From the NCBI RefSeq assembly GCF_963921235.1, contig NC_086105.1:54188001-54252000 (forward strand): a stretch of 64,000 nt of DNA, read 5' to 3'. Origin of the DNA: Mobula hypostoma (taxonomy: Eukaryota). A program made the translations under genes and the position numbers. The notes beneath the pieces were generated by a model. It saw nothing but the letters and a program-made list of their open reading frames with translations, was not told where the DNA came from and did not search any database. Each line of letters opens with the position of its first letter. Position 1 is the stretch's first letter. This document shows, piece after piece, positions 37,376 through 49,650 of the stretch.

Positions 37376-39579
37376 CCAGCACATCTTTCCTGTGAAAATG
37401 ACACCAAGCTATATGCATTAAAGTTGACAAACTGGAAATTTCATATTACAAGTGGTACTGGAATACTCAGGTCAAGTGGAAACTGAGTAGTTCTGATGAA
37501 TGACACTGGGCTCCACTGTTCATCATTTTCATTCTATGAAACCTGCCTGACTGAATGTATCCACAGTATTTTTCACTTCCATTTTCCAGGATCTACATGC
37601 TTGTTTTTGCTTTGATTTTGTTTCTATAGTTCTGGCAATATCAGCATTTTATATTCCATTCCTCAAAAACCATCACATACCATACTAAGCCATACTCCTT
37701 TCCTTGTTAATCCTCTCCACCCTTCTATACTAGCAAGGGCATGCTCACATGTTTTGAAGAAATAGGAGTAGACCACTCAGTAAGATCACCAGTTTCTGCC
37801 CCAAACAGCTTTTATCCTGCTCATCTCCATATCTTAGTATCCAGAGATCTTTCAATCTCAGTTTTGTATGGCATCAAAGCCTTTATCCTTCTAATGATAG
37901 CCCATCAACTCAAAGTAAATGCTTCAATTACTACAACAAATGAAAATGCAAAATTCCAGATGAATTTCAGATTAGGCAGTACTTGAAAAACTGAGGGTTG
38001 CAGACACAAAAATTGCCCCACCTGTTAAGCTTTTTCCTAACTTTTCCGTTTGTTTCAGATTTCTAGCATCTGCATTTAAATTTTCCCTTTATTCCTTTCC
38101 TTCCAACCAACATATCCATGCTAGTACTTTATCACCAATGTCCAACTTGTGTGGACCTTATCACAAGCTTTCTGAGAATTAAAATACATAATTTGTACTC
38201 GCTCCACTCTCCTCAAAGAAATCCAATGCATTGTCATGCACAATTTCCCTTTTATAAACCCATTGTTCACTATTCAGTCATTTGACAGCTTTCCTCCTCT
38301 TTGGCTCTCAGTGCTTTCCCCAATTCTGATATTATGTTAATGTAAAGAATGTTATCCTTTACTGACAATATGCATGGGCTGTTGGCGTATACCCACCCAA
38401 CACCAGACATCTCCCCCCCCACCCCCCCCGTAATCCATTCCATCCTCAGAATTTGAATGCTTTCACTATTCATGTAATGCCTTCCATTTGCTTCATTCAA
38501 TCTTGATTTCTGCCACTCTGAAAAAGTTGCTTTCAGTCTACCTCAATGAGAAAGAATGTCATCAAGCTGTAAAAACAATACACCTGAGGTCCCAGTACTT
38601 TCAGACGGCTCAAAGGATTCAAACTGTACCACTTACCTGTCTTAAGCACAGGAATTATCACTGGATAAGCTGTGATGTGGCAGCAGGCAGTCACCAGAAA
38701 GACCTGTGGTAACTTTAGGTTCAGTATGGGATCTGTACTTGGCGGCATTGAGACTTGATCAGGCAACCAAGGCCGGTAACATCAAAACTCATAATTGGAT
38801 AACCATGTAAAGTGGCATTCGGAGTTTTGAAAGAATTATTGTTTATTTCCCTTGCATAGAATGTTGACTGATCACACCCACCTCTTTCTCCACTTACTGG
38901 TTACTTTCATCTTACAGGCTTAATGTTAAACAGTGAATTTCCTCCAATTGATCATGAAAATTACTTAACTGAAAACATGACAAAATTCTCAATTCAAAAA
39001 GTATAACTCATCCTAGCTTTCCAAATCAAAATTGTTTGTAATGTGAGTAGGTCCAGCCAATCTTTGCTCACCTTTAAACACCCTCCCTGGTCATTCACAA
39101 TACTACTTAGCAAAGTTTTAAACCCTACATCCCAAAAATTATCAAGATCTCTTACACCCTTAGCATCATCACAGCTAACACTACTACTGCTAGAATTCAC
39201 ATCTATGGTAGTTCCAAACAGCTTTGGTACCCAACATTCTCCATAAAATATTTAAAATACTGTATTTGCCACATTGAACTCAACAAGTCAAAATAATATC
39301 ATTTCTTTTTAAGTAAAAAAGAAACAAACAGAATAGTTACTTCTGGTTAGAACTATTTGCACAATTAAAAGCTCCGGTCATCAAAAATTGGTCAGACCTC
39401 AGCTCTGCAGTATGAACACTCACTGGCCAAGAAATTCTAGTAGTGTACACTCAGGCAATGGGTCAATTGAGTAGCAGTCCAAACATTCAGAGCAATCAAG
39501 AGACAAGGAGCACAGACTGGAAATAGAGGATTCAACAAGAAGGAATACCAGGACGAATACTGTACAAAATGGAGATGAG

Positions 39580-40442
39580 ATAAAACCTTAAGATATAGGA
39601 GCAAAAGGCGGCCATTTGGCCCATCGAGTCTGGTCTGCCATTCAATCATGGGCTGATCCAATTCCTCCAGTCATTCCCATTCCCCTGCCTTCTCCCGATA
39701 CCCTTTGATGCCCTGGCTAATCAAGAACCTATCCATCTCTGCCTTAAATACACACAAATGACTTGTCCCCCACAGCCACTTGTGGCAAATTCCACAGATT
39801 TACCACCCTGACTAATTTCTCCGCATCTCAGTTCTAAAAGGACATCCTTCAATCCTGAATTCTCTCCCCATCTAAATGTCTGCCCGTTTATTTCTTCCAA
39901 AGTGCATGACCATACTTTCCAACATTGTATTTCATTTGCCACTTCTTTGCCCATTCCCCTAAACTATCTAACTCTCTGCAGCTCTGTTTTCTCAATAGTA
40001 CCCGTTCGTCCACCTATCTTTGTATCATCGGCAAATTTAGCCACAAATCCATTAATACTGTAGTCCAATTCATCGACATACATCATAAAAAACAGCAGTC
40101 CCAACACCAAGCCTTGTGGAACTCCACTGGCAGCCAGCCAGAATAGGATCCCTTTATTCCCACTCTGTTTTCTGCCAACCAGCCAATGCTCCACCCACAC
40201 TAGTAACTCCCCTGTAATTCCATGGACTCTTACCTTGCTAAGCAGTCTCATGAGCGGCACCTTGTCAAAGGCCTTCTGAAAATACAAGTACACCACGTTT
40301 CCTGTATTTCCTCTGTCTACCCTGCTTGCAATTTCCTCAAAGAATTGCAGTAGGTTTGTCAGATATGGTTTTCCTTTCAGGAAACCATGCTGGCTTTGGC
40401 CTATCTCGTCATGTGCTTCCAGGTACTCTGTAATCTCATCCC
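39580..40442 (-). mobile_element. Internally deleted CR1
   Basis: YLYFQKAFDKVP, SGVPQGLVLG, KFADDTKIGG and a CR1 3' UTR. Confidence 0.85.
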
Positions 40443-40516
40443 AGAAGGCATTCTAGTCCAGCAGTGCTGACCAGAATTCGGTGACTAAAGGTCACCAACA
40501 AACTGCAATCCAGTTT

Positions 40517-40722
40517 CACACATCAAAGTTGCTGGTGAACGCAGCAGGCCAGGCAGCATCTCTAGGAAGAGGTACAGTCGACGTTTCAGGCCTTAACGAA
40601 GGGTCTCGGCCTGAAATGTCAACTGTACCTCTTCCTAGAGATGCTGTCTAGCCTGCTGCGTTAACCAGCAATTTTGATGCGTGTTGCTTGAATTTCCAGC
40701 ATCTGCAGAATTCCTGTTGTGT
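40517..40722. mobile_element. Inverted pair of Penelope pseudo-LTR ends (palindrome)
   Basis: Arms 40517-40592 and 40608-40683 are reverse complements, and both match the 33905-34020 pseudo-LTR end. Confidence 0.85.
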
Positions 40723-41149
40723 TCAATCCAGGTTTCCCCATTATGCTCAAAACGGCGTGTTGTCTGGAAACGATCTCCCCAAGCAGACATGGCACAAATA
40801 CTTTGGAGATGAAACTGTGAATTCAGATTATTTTCAGCTGGAGATAAATGAAGGCATAAATCTAAAAAGAAAATAAAAAAACTAAGAGCACCTATTGGCT
40901 GTTTACTCGTTAGATTAGATTCACTCTTACACTTCCACCAGATATTTACATTCCGGTGCTGGATAAAACAGATACAAAAGCTCAATTCTACCCGGGCATT
41001 TGTCCATTAGTGAAAACAGAAAACTCGAACTTCTGACTTAGTCTGCAAGGCATCACATTAGTACGTTGACACTGGACCTATAGATTTAAACATCAACACC
41101 CTCCCCAACTCCTATCTCCCACCCGAATTTTTTTTTGTTCAGGATTATT

Positions 41150-42250
41150 CTGGATAAAGACAGCGCTGCGGATGCAAAATATGTTCCTTCAGATAACGGC
41201 GAAGGAGAATATGACAAGTTGAAACAAAGATATCATACAGACACTTCTTTATTAAGGAATTGCTTGCACGCTTTCGCTTTAAAGACGAAGTTCCTTTGCG
41301 AGAATACCCCCCCCCCCCCCGCCAGCGCACATCTATGCGAGCAGTAACGCCCCTACCTCGGGGAGATTCACAGCACTGTCCGGTCCCAGAACTCGGGCAC
41401 CCCTCACTCAGTCTCGCCTGCGCTGCAATGAACACCCCCCCCCCAACACAGCGTGTTAACCCGCGTCTGAACAACCTTCCCCCCCCCACACTATCAGTTC
41501 TTCACTCGGACCGAGATCGAGTCGGCCATGTGCGCCACAGATGGTGATCGCGCGTCCCCGCCCCCACCCCATCACCTCAGCGCTTGGGGGGGCAACCCCC
41601 GAACACACGGTTCGGCCCGCATGCTCTCGGGGTACGGACCGCTACCCCATTCCCCCCCACCCCACCGGGCGGGGAGTGACATTGACCAAGCGCACAGAAC
41701 TCCGGTGAGGTTTAATTTTGCCGAGTGCCCATCCTTCGAGTTACTGAACGGAACGGCGGCAGCTGCCTCACTCACTTTCCAGGTCCCCAGCCCAACAACG
41801 GGCATGTGAGCTCCAGTGTTGAGGGTAATAGTCCAAGCACCACCACCAGCCATGACGCACACTAATAGAAGATTCTGTCTGTATCTAGTTTTACGGCGGT
41901 TAGCATCCAGCTTAACAGTGCATTACCGCCACGTAGAAGATTCTAGCAAGCACGTTCGTTTAAATGGAAAAAATAAACTCGTACCCGCCCCCACCCCGCT
42001 CCTGAAGCCAATTCCTCCTCTGATTGGCTGCTGTCGCTCAAAGGTGGGCTTTACACACTGCTCTCCTTTACCCTCCCAGCCCGCCTGCTGACGCCAGTCC
42101 TTTCTCCGATTGGCTAACAGGCGCTGTCATTTAAAGGGCGCCCGCAATAGACCCGCCCCTTCCAAACCGGTTATTCGCCCACATTCCTCCTCCCTCCCCC
42201 CCCCACCCATGCACCATCGGGTCTACTGACCCTCTGAACGGGAAAGAAGG
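41150..42250 (-). promoter_or_regulatory. CpG-rich promoter/first-exon region of the AKR1B-like gene
   Basis: Sharp CpG enrichment relative to the flanks. TATA-like CATTTAAA on minus (41959-41966). GC boxes cccgcccc at ~41984 and ~42152. CCAAT/ATTGG boxes at ~42008, ~42023 and ~42109. Confidence 0.8.
41776..41853 (-). CDS. akr1b1: AKR1B-like aldo-keto reductase (aldose reductase-like), coding exon 1 of 10
   Basis: ATG at 41853 in context gtcATGG. Encodes MAGGGAWTITLNTGAHMPVVGLGTWK (AKR GLGTWK motif), followed by donor GTGAGT. 78 nt. Symbol is the closest family member; exact orthology is not provable here. Confidence 0.93.
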
Positions 42251-42766
42251 GACTGGTAGTAATCTCTCAGTACAGTATGCGAGACAGGAGGGAAAACATC
42301 AATTTTGAAGTTATTCTAACGATTTTTATAAGGACTGGAAATGATAGTGATAAAAGGCTATTGGGAAGAACAAAATGAAATCTGAGTGACTGGACGGAAG
42401 ACAGATTAAATAACAAAAGATATTAATCAATAGCACAGGGAAAGGAACAAAAGATTGGTAAAATGGATAACGATAAAACAGCATATAATAACATCATTTT
42501 GTTCAAATCATTGGTCAAAGTTGAAATGTGCTTTGTCAAGGTATGTACTTTATTTCTCAGTAAGAATACAAAGAAAAAGTATTTCTTCAATATACTCGAT
42601 GACTGAACCTCCTCGGCTTTCTTGGATAGAGAATTCCAGAAATTTCATTCTTTTGGTGAAGGGTTTTTCTTTCCCCTTCGTGTCCCGAATGGCTGAGCCT
42701 TCATACTGAGACTGGTCCCTCTTAAAAGTAACTCCTACCAGGGAATTAGTCATCCTTACCAAGTTA

Positions 42767-43277
42767 AGTAAGAACTTTGATTGCTTTAACGAGAATGCAC
42801 CTCATATTCCTGAACTCGGACACAGCCTGCTTTGTCTTCATGTGACCTCCATTCCAGATGGCCAGTTTTGGATGAGTAAGAACTTTGATTGCTTTAACGA
42901 GAATGCACCTCACTGGAACACAGCCTGCTTTGTCTTCATGTGATCTCCATTCCAGATAGGCAGTTTTGGATAAATTAGGTAAGAACTTTGATTGCTTTAA
43001 CGAGAATGCACCTCATATTCCTGAACTTGGACACAGCCTGCTTTGTCTTCATGTGACCTCCATTCCAGATGGCCAGTTTTGGATGAGTAAGAACTTTGAT
43101 TGCTTTAACGAGAATGCACCTCACTGGAACACAGCCTGCTTTGTCTTCATGTGACCTCCATTCCAGATGGCCAGTTTTGGATGAGTAAGAACTTTGATTG
43201 CTTTAATGAGAATGCATCTCACTTGGACACAGCCTGCTTTGTCTTCATGTGACCTCCATTCCAGATAGACAGTTTTG
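42767..43277. repeat. Minisatellite, 5 units of ~94-108 bp (long-short-long-short-short)
   Basis: Units start at 42767, 42875, 42978, 43086 and 43184 with gtaagaactttgattgctttaa. Confidence 0.95.
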
Positions 43278-43664
43278 CTCTGCTGATTAAGCAGTGAGTT
43301 GAAATGTCTAGTCAGTATTCTGGGTTGGACCTTATCAAGCTATTGTACAATTTCAGTAATTTGTGATAGGAGACTAAAGATTCTGGAATTGAAATAAATG
43401 TTCCTTATTTCAGTATAAAGTTGATGGTGTTGTATGAGATAAGCATGCCACATTTTAGTTCCTTTATAATTTTCTTTCTGAGCATACAACTATAAAGGTT
43501 GAATCCTGAACCAGTGGGCAGGATTTTACAGTCACTGCCAGCTCCCAATGATTTAAACTGCATTTAAACTTGCCTCACTGGATTCTTGACTGCTGGGGAA
43601 ATCCTGCATCCACAGTGCATGACAGCTTTGCAGGAGGAATGATTAGTTGAAGGCTAATCTATGA

Positions 43665-43925
43665 CCTTCCAAGAGGACCACAACCTTGGTCCCCTGGTCC
43701 TCCAGGTTCAGGGGTTCAGCTCAGGGCTAACAACCTTGATTGGTAAAACTAAATTGTTATGGAAACAGCAATGAAGAGTCCTTCAATATCTGATTATGAC
43801 GGTATTTCTGAGCCTCCACTCAGAACTTCCATGACTGACTGTGGTGGAAACCGAGCTACTGACACAATGAAGGATACCCTGAGCACTGCCAGTGATGGAA
43901 GACCTTCATTGCTTTCCTAAATACC
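43665..43925 (+). mobile_element. RTE-like 5'-end repeat (inverted copies at ~45560-45950 and ~51000-51332)
   Basis: gggttcagctcagggctaacaacc...gtaaaac...gttatggaaacagcaatgaag is the reverse complement of 45715-45790. Family name is tentative. Confidence 0.55.
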
Positions 43926-43964
43926 ACCAATATAACTGGCAGTGGGGTAGCTATGACAACCAGC

Positions 43965-45960
43965 TTTCTTCTCCATTCTCTGGAGACATCTGCATTGCAA
44001 TGCCTCGACACATTCCATGTTGAATTGCCAGATAAAACAGAAAATGCTTCGGGTAACTGCCACAGTGCAGGAACAGGATAAGGATAGTACCTGTGCCACA
44101 TACAGCAACGTTGAGAGTACTTCTCACCTGTTGATCAGGTTCTTACCTGCCAATGTGGGGAAGGCCACTCCTATAGTCCCAGTTTTTGTTTATTTTTGAC
44201 TATTCTTGCTGTATCCCCCCCCCCAGCTCCTCACTTACCCAACTATCAAAAGACTAGCTTTTAATATCTTACTGCCAGTATAGAGAGAAGAAAATGGGAA
44301 GAGAAAGAGGAAGAAGATGGGGTAATCAGAGAAGAAGTAGAGAAATACAGGACAGAAGTAATGATGCAGGAGGAAGGAGGGAAGAACAGATCAGAAAGAA
44401 TAATGAGAGAGATGCACAAAGACCAAGTGACAGTCTTGAGATCTGTAATATTATCTCAAAGCAATCCTATTAGGAAGTGCTTTAGAAACTACTGAATTCC
44501 TAACTGATATGGCAAACATGACCTGCCCAATTAGGCCCTCCAAAACAAGCCATAGCCACAACTGTCCTTTAGTTTTGAAATACATTAGTTGTAACAAAGG
44601 ATACATATGTGAGACTGAAAATGAAAATTAGTAGAAAGAGGAAGCTCAGAATCACTCTTGGAAGACAAATTATGCTCTGGATGAGGCCATTCTCAGGGTG
44701 GAGGGGCAACATCTCATTCCATCTGAATAGCCTCCAACCTGATGGCATCAATATAGATTTCTTCTGGTCAATGTTTTTTCCCTTCTGCTTCCCCCTTCTA
44801 TTCCCCACTTTGTCCTTTTGCCTCTTCTTATCTGCTTATCACCTCCCACTAGTGCCTCCCCTACTTCCCTTTCTCCCGAGGTCCACACTCCTCTCCAGTC
44901 CTTTCGTTTTCTTACCCACCTGACTTCACCTATCACTTCGTTATCTTTCTTCCCTCCCCCACCTTTTTATTCTGGTGTCTCTTCCTTCCTTTGAGTCCTG
45001 AAGGATAAATATATAATATAGCTTAAGTAAATTGATTTTATGTCTATAAAGTGGTGCTAAGCAAGGGAGTGTCCATACATAAGGTGACAGACAGACAGTT
45101 TTGACTGCCCATTGTAGAGCCTTTCTGTCTGCCGCAGTGCAGTTTCTGTACCCTGCAGCGATGCAGCATGTTAGGATGTTGTCTACTGCACATCTGTAGA
45201 ATGACCTGAGCATAGATGTGCATAGACCAGCTCTCTTCAGACCCCTCAGAAAGTAGAGTTTTCCTGATTGTGGTCTGGAACCAGAGAGGTTGTGCGAGAT
45301 GTACAATCCCAGGAGTTTGATGCTGCTCACAGTTTCCATAGCTGTGCTGTTGATATTTATTTATTTATTTGTTTATTGAGATATGTACAAACTTGTTATG
45401 GGCAGTGATGGGAATTAAAACTGGGTTGCCGGTACTGTAAAGCATTGTGCAAACTACTACACTACCTGATATAAAGGGGTATGAGTGGTGTGAGTTCTGC
45501 TGAAGTCTGTAACAATTTCCTTTGTCCTGTTGACATGTAAATAAACTGGCCATTACGTGGCTGGCATTTAGGGCAGTAATGAAGGTCTTCTATCTCTGGC
45601 GGTGTTCAGGGCTTCCTTCTCCCTGACAGTAGCTTCTTGGTTTTCACTACTGCCAGTCATGCAAGTCCCGGGTGGAGACTCAGGAATACCGTCACACTCA
45701 GATGTAGAAGGATTCTTCATTGCTGTTTCCGTAACAGTTTTGTTTTACCAGTCACGGTTGTTAGCTCTGAGCTGAACCCCCGAACCTGGAGATCCAGTGG
45801 ACCACTCTTAGTCTGGCCTCTGCCCTTTGACCTGTTTGGCATGAGTAAGCCTACCAAGAGCTAAAACATAAGGCCTTGATTCCAGCCAACAAAGTCATTG
45901 AGGCACACAGGCCTGCAAACAGCGACAAGGTTGTGGTCCTCTTGGAGGATTGAAATAAGT
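43965..45960. repeat. ~2-kb local duplication, copy 1 (copy 2 ~49405-51350; partial copy 3 51351-51732)
   Basis: Near-identical composite of Tx1 fragment, unique DNA, Penelope end, Rex1 and RTE-like pieces. Paired ORF calls 44609/50048 and 44941/50380 are almost identical. Confidence 0.93.
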
Positions 45961-45974
45961 TATATGCTTTTATA

Positions 45975-46180
45975 CAGCGTGGAATAGGACCTTACAGCCC
46001 TTCGCGCTACGCTACCCAGCAATACCCCAATTTAATCCTACTTACAATGACTAATTAACCTACCATCCAGTACATCTTTGGAATGTGGGAGGAAACTGGA
46101 GCCCCTAGAGGAAACCCACATGATAATGGGGAGAACATCCAACTCCTTACAGGCAGTGGCAGGAATTGAACCTGGGTTTA
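45975..46180 (-). mobile_element. V-SINE (tRNA-derived, HE1-like)
   Basis: Minus strand shows B-box GGTTCAATTCC and V-domain GGGTTTCCTCTAGGGGCTCCAGTTTCCTCCCACA. Confidence 0.7.
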
Positions 46181-46351
46181 TAGTAGGATTGCACCTAAAT
46201 TGGTAGTGGCAATATACCAGGCTATTGAAATTTTTTAATATTGTAGAGGTTTTTGCCCCAAAGGTACTTCAGTGTCAACACTGACTAGCATACTTTAATA
46301 TGTATCCACAAACAAAGTTGACTAGTCAGACAAAAGATTCTGAACATGGTA

Positions 46352-47583
46352 CAAACCCCATTTCCCAAAAAGTTGGGATATTTTCCAAATGCAATAAAAA
46401 CAAAAATCTGTGATGTGTTAATTCACGTGAACGTTTATTTAACTGAAAACAAAGAAAAGATTTTCAATAGTTTTACTGACCAACTTAATTGTATTTTGTA
46501 AATATACACAAATTTAGAATTTGATGGCTGCAACACACTCAACAAAAGTTGGGACAGGGTTAAAATAAGATTGAAAAGTGCACAGAAAAGTCATGCTCCT
46601 GTGACAATTATAGCCACCTGGGCTCGGGAGTACTTCGGAAAACCATTGTCACTCAACACAGTCCGTCGCTGCATCCAGAAATGCAACTTGAAACTGTATT
46701 ACGCAAGGAGGAAGCCATACATCAACTCTATGCAGAAATGCCGGTGAGTTCTCTGGGCCCGAGCTCATCTCAGATGGACCAAAAGACTGTGGAACCGTGT
46801 GCTGTGGTCAGGTGAGTCCACATTTCAGCTAATTTTCGAAAAAAACGGGCGTCGAGTTCTCCGTGCCAAAGATGAAAACGACCATCCAGATTATTATCAG
46901 CGAAAGGTGCAAAAGCCAGCATCTGTGATGGTATGGGCGTGCATCAGTGCCCACGGCATGGGTGAGTTGCATGTATGTGAAGGTACCATTGACTCTGAGG
47001 CATATATTAGGATTTTAGATATGTTGCCATCAAGGCGACGTCTCTTCCCGGGACATCCATGCTTATTTCAGCAGGACAATGCCAGACCACATTCTGCACG
47101 GGCTACAACAGCGTGGCTTTGTAGACACAGAGTGCGTGTGCTTGACTGGCCTGCTGCCAGTCCAGATCTATCTCCTATTGAAAATGTATAGCGCATCATG
47201 AAGAGGAGAATCAGACAACGGAGACCACGGACTGTTGAGCAGCTGAAGTATCAAGCCAGAATGGACAAAATTTCCAATTGCAAATCTACTACAATTGGTA
47301 TCCTCAGTTCCAAAACAATTAAAGGGTGTTATTAAAAGGAAAGGTGATGTAACACAATGGTAAACATGCCTCTGTCCCAACTTTTGTTGAGTGTGTTGCA
47401 GCCATCAAATTCTAAATTTGTGTATGTTTACAAAATACAATTAAGTTGGTCAGTAAAACTATTGAAAATCTTTTCTTTGTACTTTTGTCAGTTAAATAAA
47501 GGTTCACGTGAATTAACATATCACAGATTTTTGTTTTTATTGCATTTTGGAAAATATCCCAACTTTTCTGGAAATGGGGTTTG
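46352..47583 (+). mobile_element. Tc1 (DD34E) DNA transposon, IR/DR type, internally deleted
   Basis: TA target duplication on both sides. ~205-215-bp TIRs starting CAAACCCCATTTCC, with inner and outer AAAAGTTGGGA direct repeats. Transposase LWSGES..VMVW..FQQDN-(34 aa)-PIEN; first catalytic D reads G; N-terminus missing. Confidence 0.93.
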
Positions 47584-47859
47584 TAGATACATGATTCAAA
47601 AAAAAACGACAAAGCTCTTTGGAAGTGTTTTACTAGTTTTGAAAAATTAAAATAACACAAGAATTCTAGGCAAATTCAGTGGATTAAATGGCAACATGAT
47701 AAACTGGGAGAGAGTGCTTGAAGACTTAATGGGAATTCTTGCAGTAAGAGAGACAGTTTTGGAATTCCTGTGGTTGAATAGGAAGGTGTTGATGGAAAGG
47801 ATTTAAAGGTGTTAGGTGTCAAGGGGTAAAAAAGGTGTTATTGATACTAGTCATGATGT

Positions 47860-49650
47860 AATTTTTATTTCAAAATTAAAGTTGATTCATAGTATATACA
47901 GAAAATACAATGCATTGAATAGATGTTTTACATTCATCTTGTGTTTGTTTTATACATTTGTTGTGACATCAAATCATAATATCCCTTTTACGAAAAGCAA
48001 TGGCAATCATGTTTCCTGTTCAAATAATACACCAAAGTGCTTGAGAGGCTCTTACACAGGGCAGAGCTCCTCAGTGTCCAATAGCAGAAAAAATTTAGAT
48101 TGTGGTCTTAGCCCATAAAGCCTTTGTAGTGGCAATTTTTTTTACAGCTGCGTGGACCAACTATTGCTCTGGGCAGGAAATTCTTTTACAAGGCCTCAAA
48201 ACTGCATGGCCCTTTAAATGTTTTATATAAAATATGCACACTATGAATATTTCAAATGAAATTTGAAAAATCACATACTGTACATTTTATTTATTAATTG
48301 AAATGCATAATGAAATACAGTACAACAAAGAAAATCCTTTGCGTCAGCATTCAATGGGCTACCTACTTCCATTTTGTTTCTATTGCTATAACTTGTAACA
48401 GTGTTGTAGTGTGAAACACTCAATGTAAATGTGTTTAAGCTCTAAAATATTTCAAAATAAAGGTTGTGGTATGTTTATTATTTAGAAAATTTGTGGATTA
48501 TATTAATTAATACATAATTAATTACAGGATATTTTATCATTATATTAACATTATATAAAAGAAACTTGTACCTGTGCAGCAACAAAGACTATGTGCGCCA
48601 GAACATTTCAGTTACTGTGTGCCTGTACTACTTAGTGGGTTGAGTGGTGACAGCTGCATCAAGTTTCACTATGTCCCTCAGCACTGAATTCTTCATCCCG
48701 GAATATGTTGGTCAGCAACATTCAGTTGCACTGATATAGACCAGTATTCCTTTTACCAAGCTGATGGTAAAAGAAGCAGTTGATGGTCTCTCGGTTTGCA
48801 TCCCTAGGACCAACCCATAGATAAGCGGATCTTTTATGCAGCTGCGTAGAACAATCCTCAGCAAGAACGTTTGCAACCTTTTCCATATCATCTTGACGAA
48901 AGCACAGTCTGTTAAAAACCTGGACAATTGTTTTACCCAAGTTGTAGGCATCTCGAGAGCAGTGTGTGTTGAGAGTGAAACTCCAACTGTGCAGCAAGGA
49001 CCAGAGGGGGCTGGCCTCTCTCACTGTCAGCCAAGCAAGGATTTGGGCCTAATTGGTGAGTTCTGTCAATGAGCTATTCTTCCAACAGGTTTTGGCATCC
49101 TCCTTCAGAAGCTATTGAGATGGTCCATTGTGCCCTTCTCCCACAGGGTCTGCAGGATGTTCTGTGCTGACCACTGACAGATGGACTTCAGGCCAAGAGA
49201 TGCTTTTCTACAGAAACTTTTCACTAAGGGACAGGTAGTGTGGCAAGGTCCAAGTGAATGGAATGTTATACAGCAAAAGACAAGTCATCCTCTGGAACAC
49301 CATGAAAAGGCAGAACCTCAGCACAGAGGGACAGTTGGGGCCTGACTTTAGTTGCAAGCACAGCATAATGCAATTACATACAAAGGTGGCCATCACTCTA
49401 TGCTTTCTCGTTCGTTCTCTGGAAACTTGTGCATTGCAATGCCAACACATTCCATTTTGAATTTTCAGATAAAACAGAAAATGCTTCAGGTAACTGCCAC
49501 GATGCAGGAACAGGATAAGGATAATACCTTTGCTGCATGCAGCAACATTGAGGGTACTTCTCACCTGCTGATCAGGTTCTTACCTGCCAATGTGAGGAAG
49601 GCCACTCCTATAGTCCCAGTTTTTGTTTATTTTTGACTATTCTTGCTGTA
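47860..49650 (-). mobile_element. Tx1-clade L1 relic, ORF2 C-terminus (interrupted by AT-rich DNA at ~48150-48620)
   Basis: MATFVCNCIMLC...VLRFCL...WTLPHYLSLSEKFL and terminal KALWAKTTI-stop. Related piece LYVAQV..AVTRSIFCFIW at 43965-44215. Confidence 0.65.

Noticed and set aside
41145-41809. GC-rich ORFs near exon 1
   Set aside because: These are by-products of CpG-island composition. Only 41776-41853 is supported by homology and a splice donor.
42767-43277. CRISPR-like array
   Set aside because: The units are full tandem repeats with no unique spacers, there are no cas genes, and the DNA is eukaryotic.
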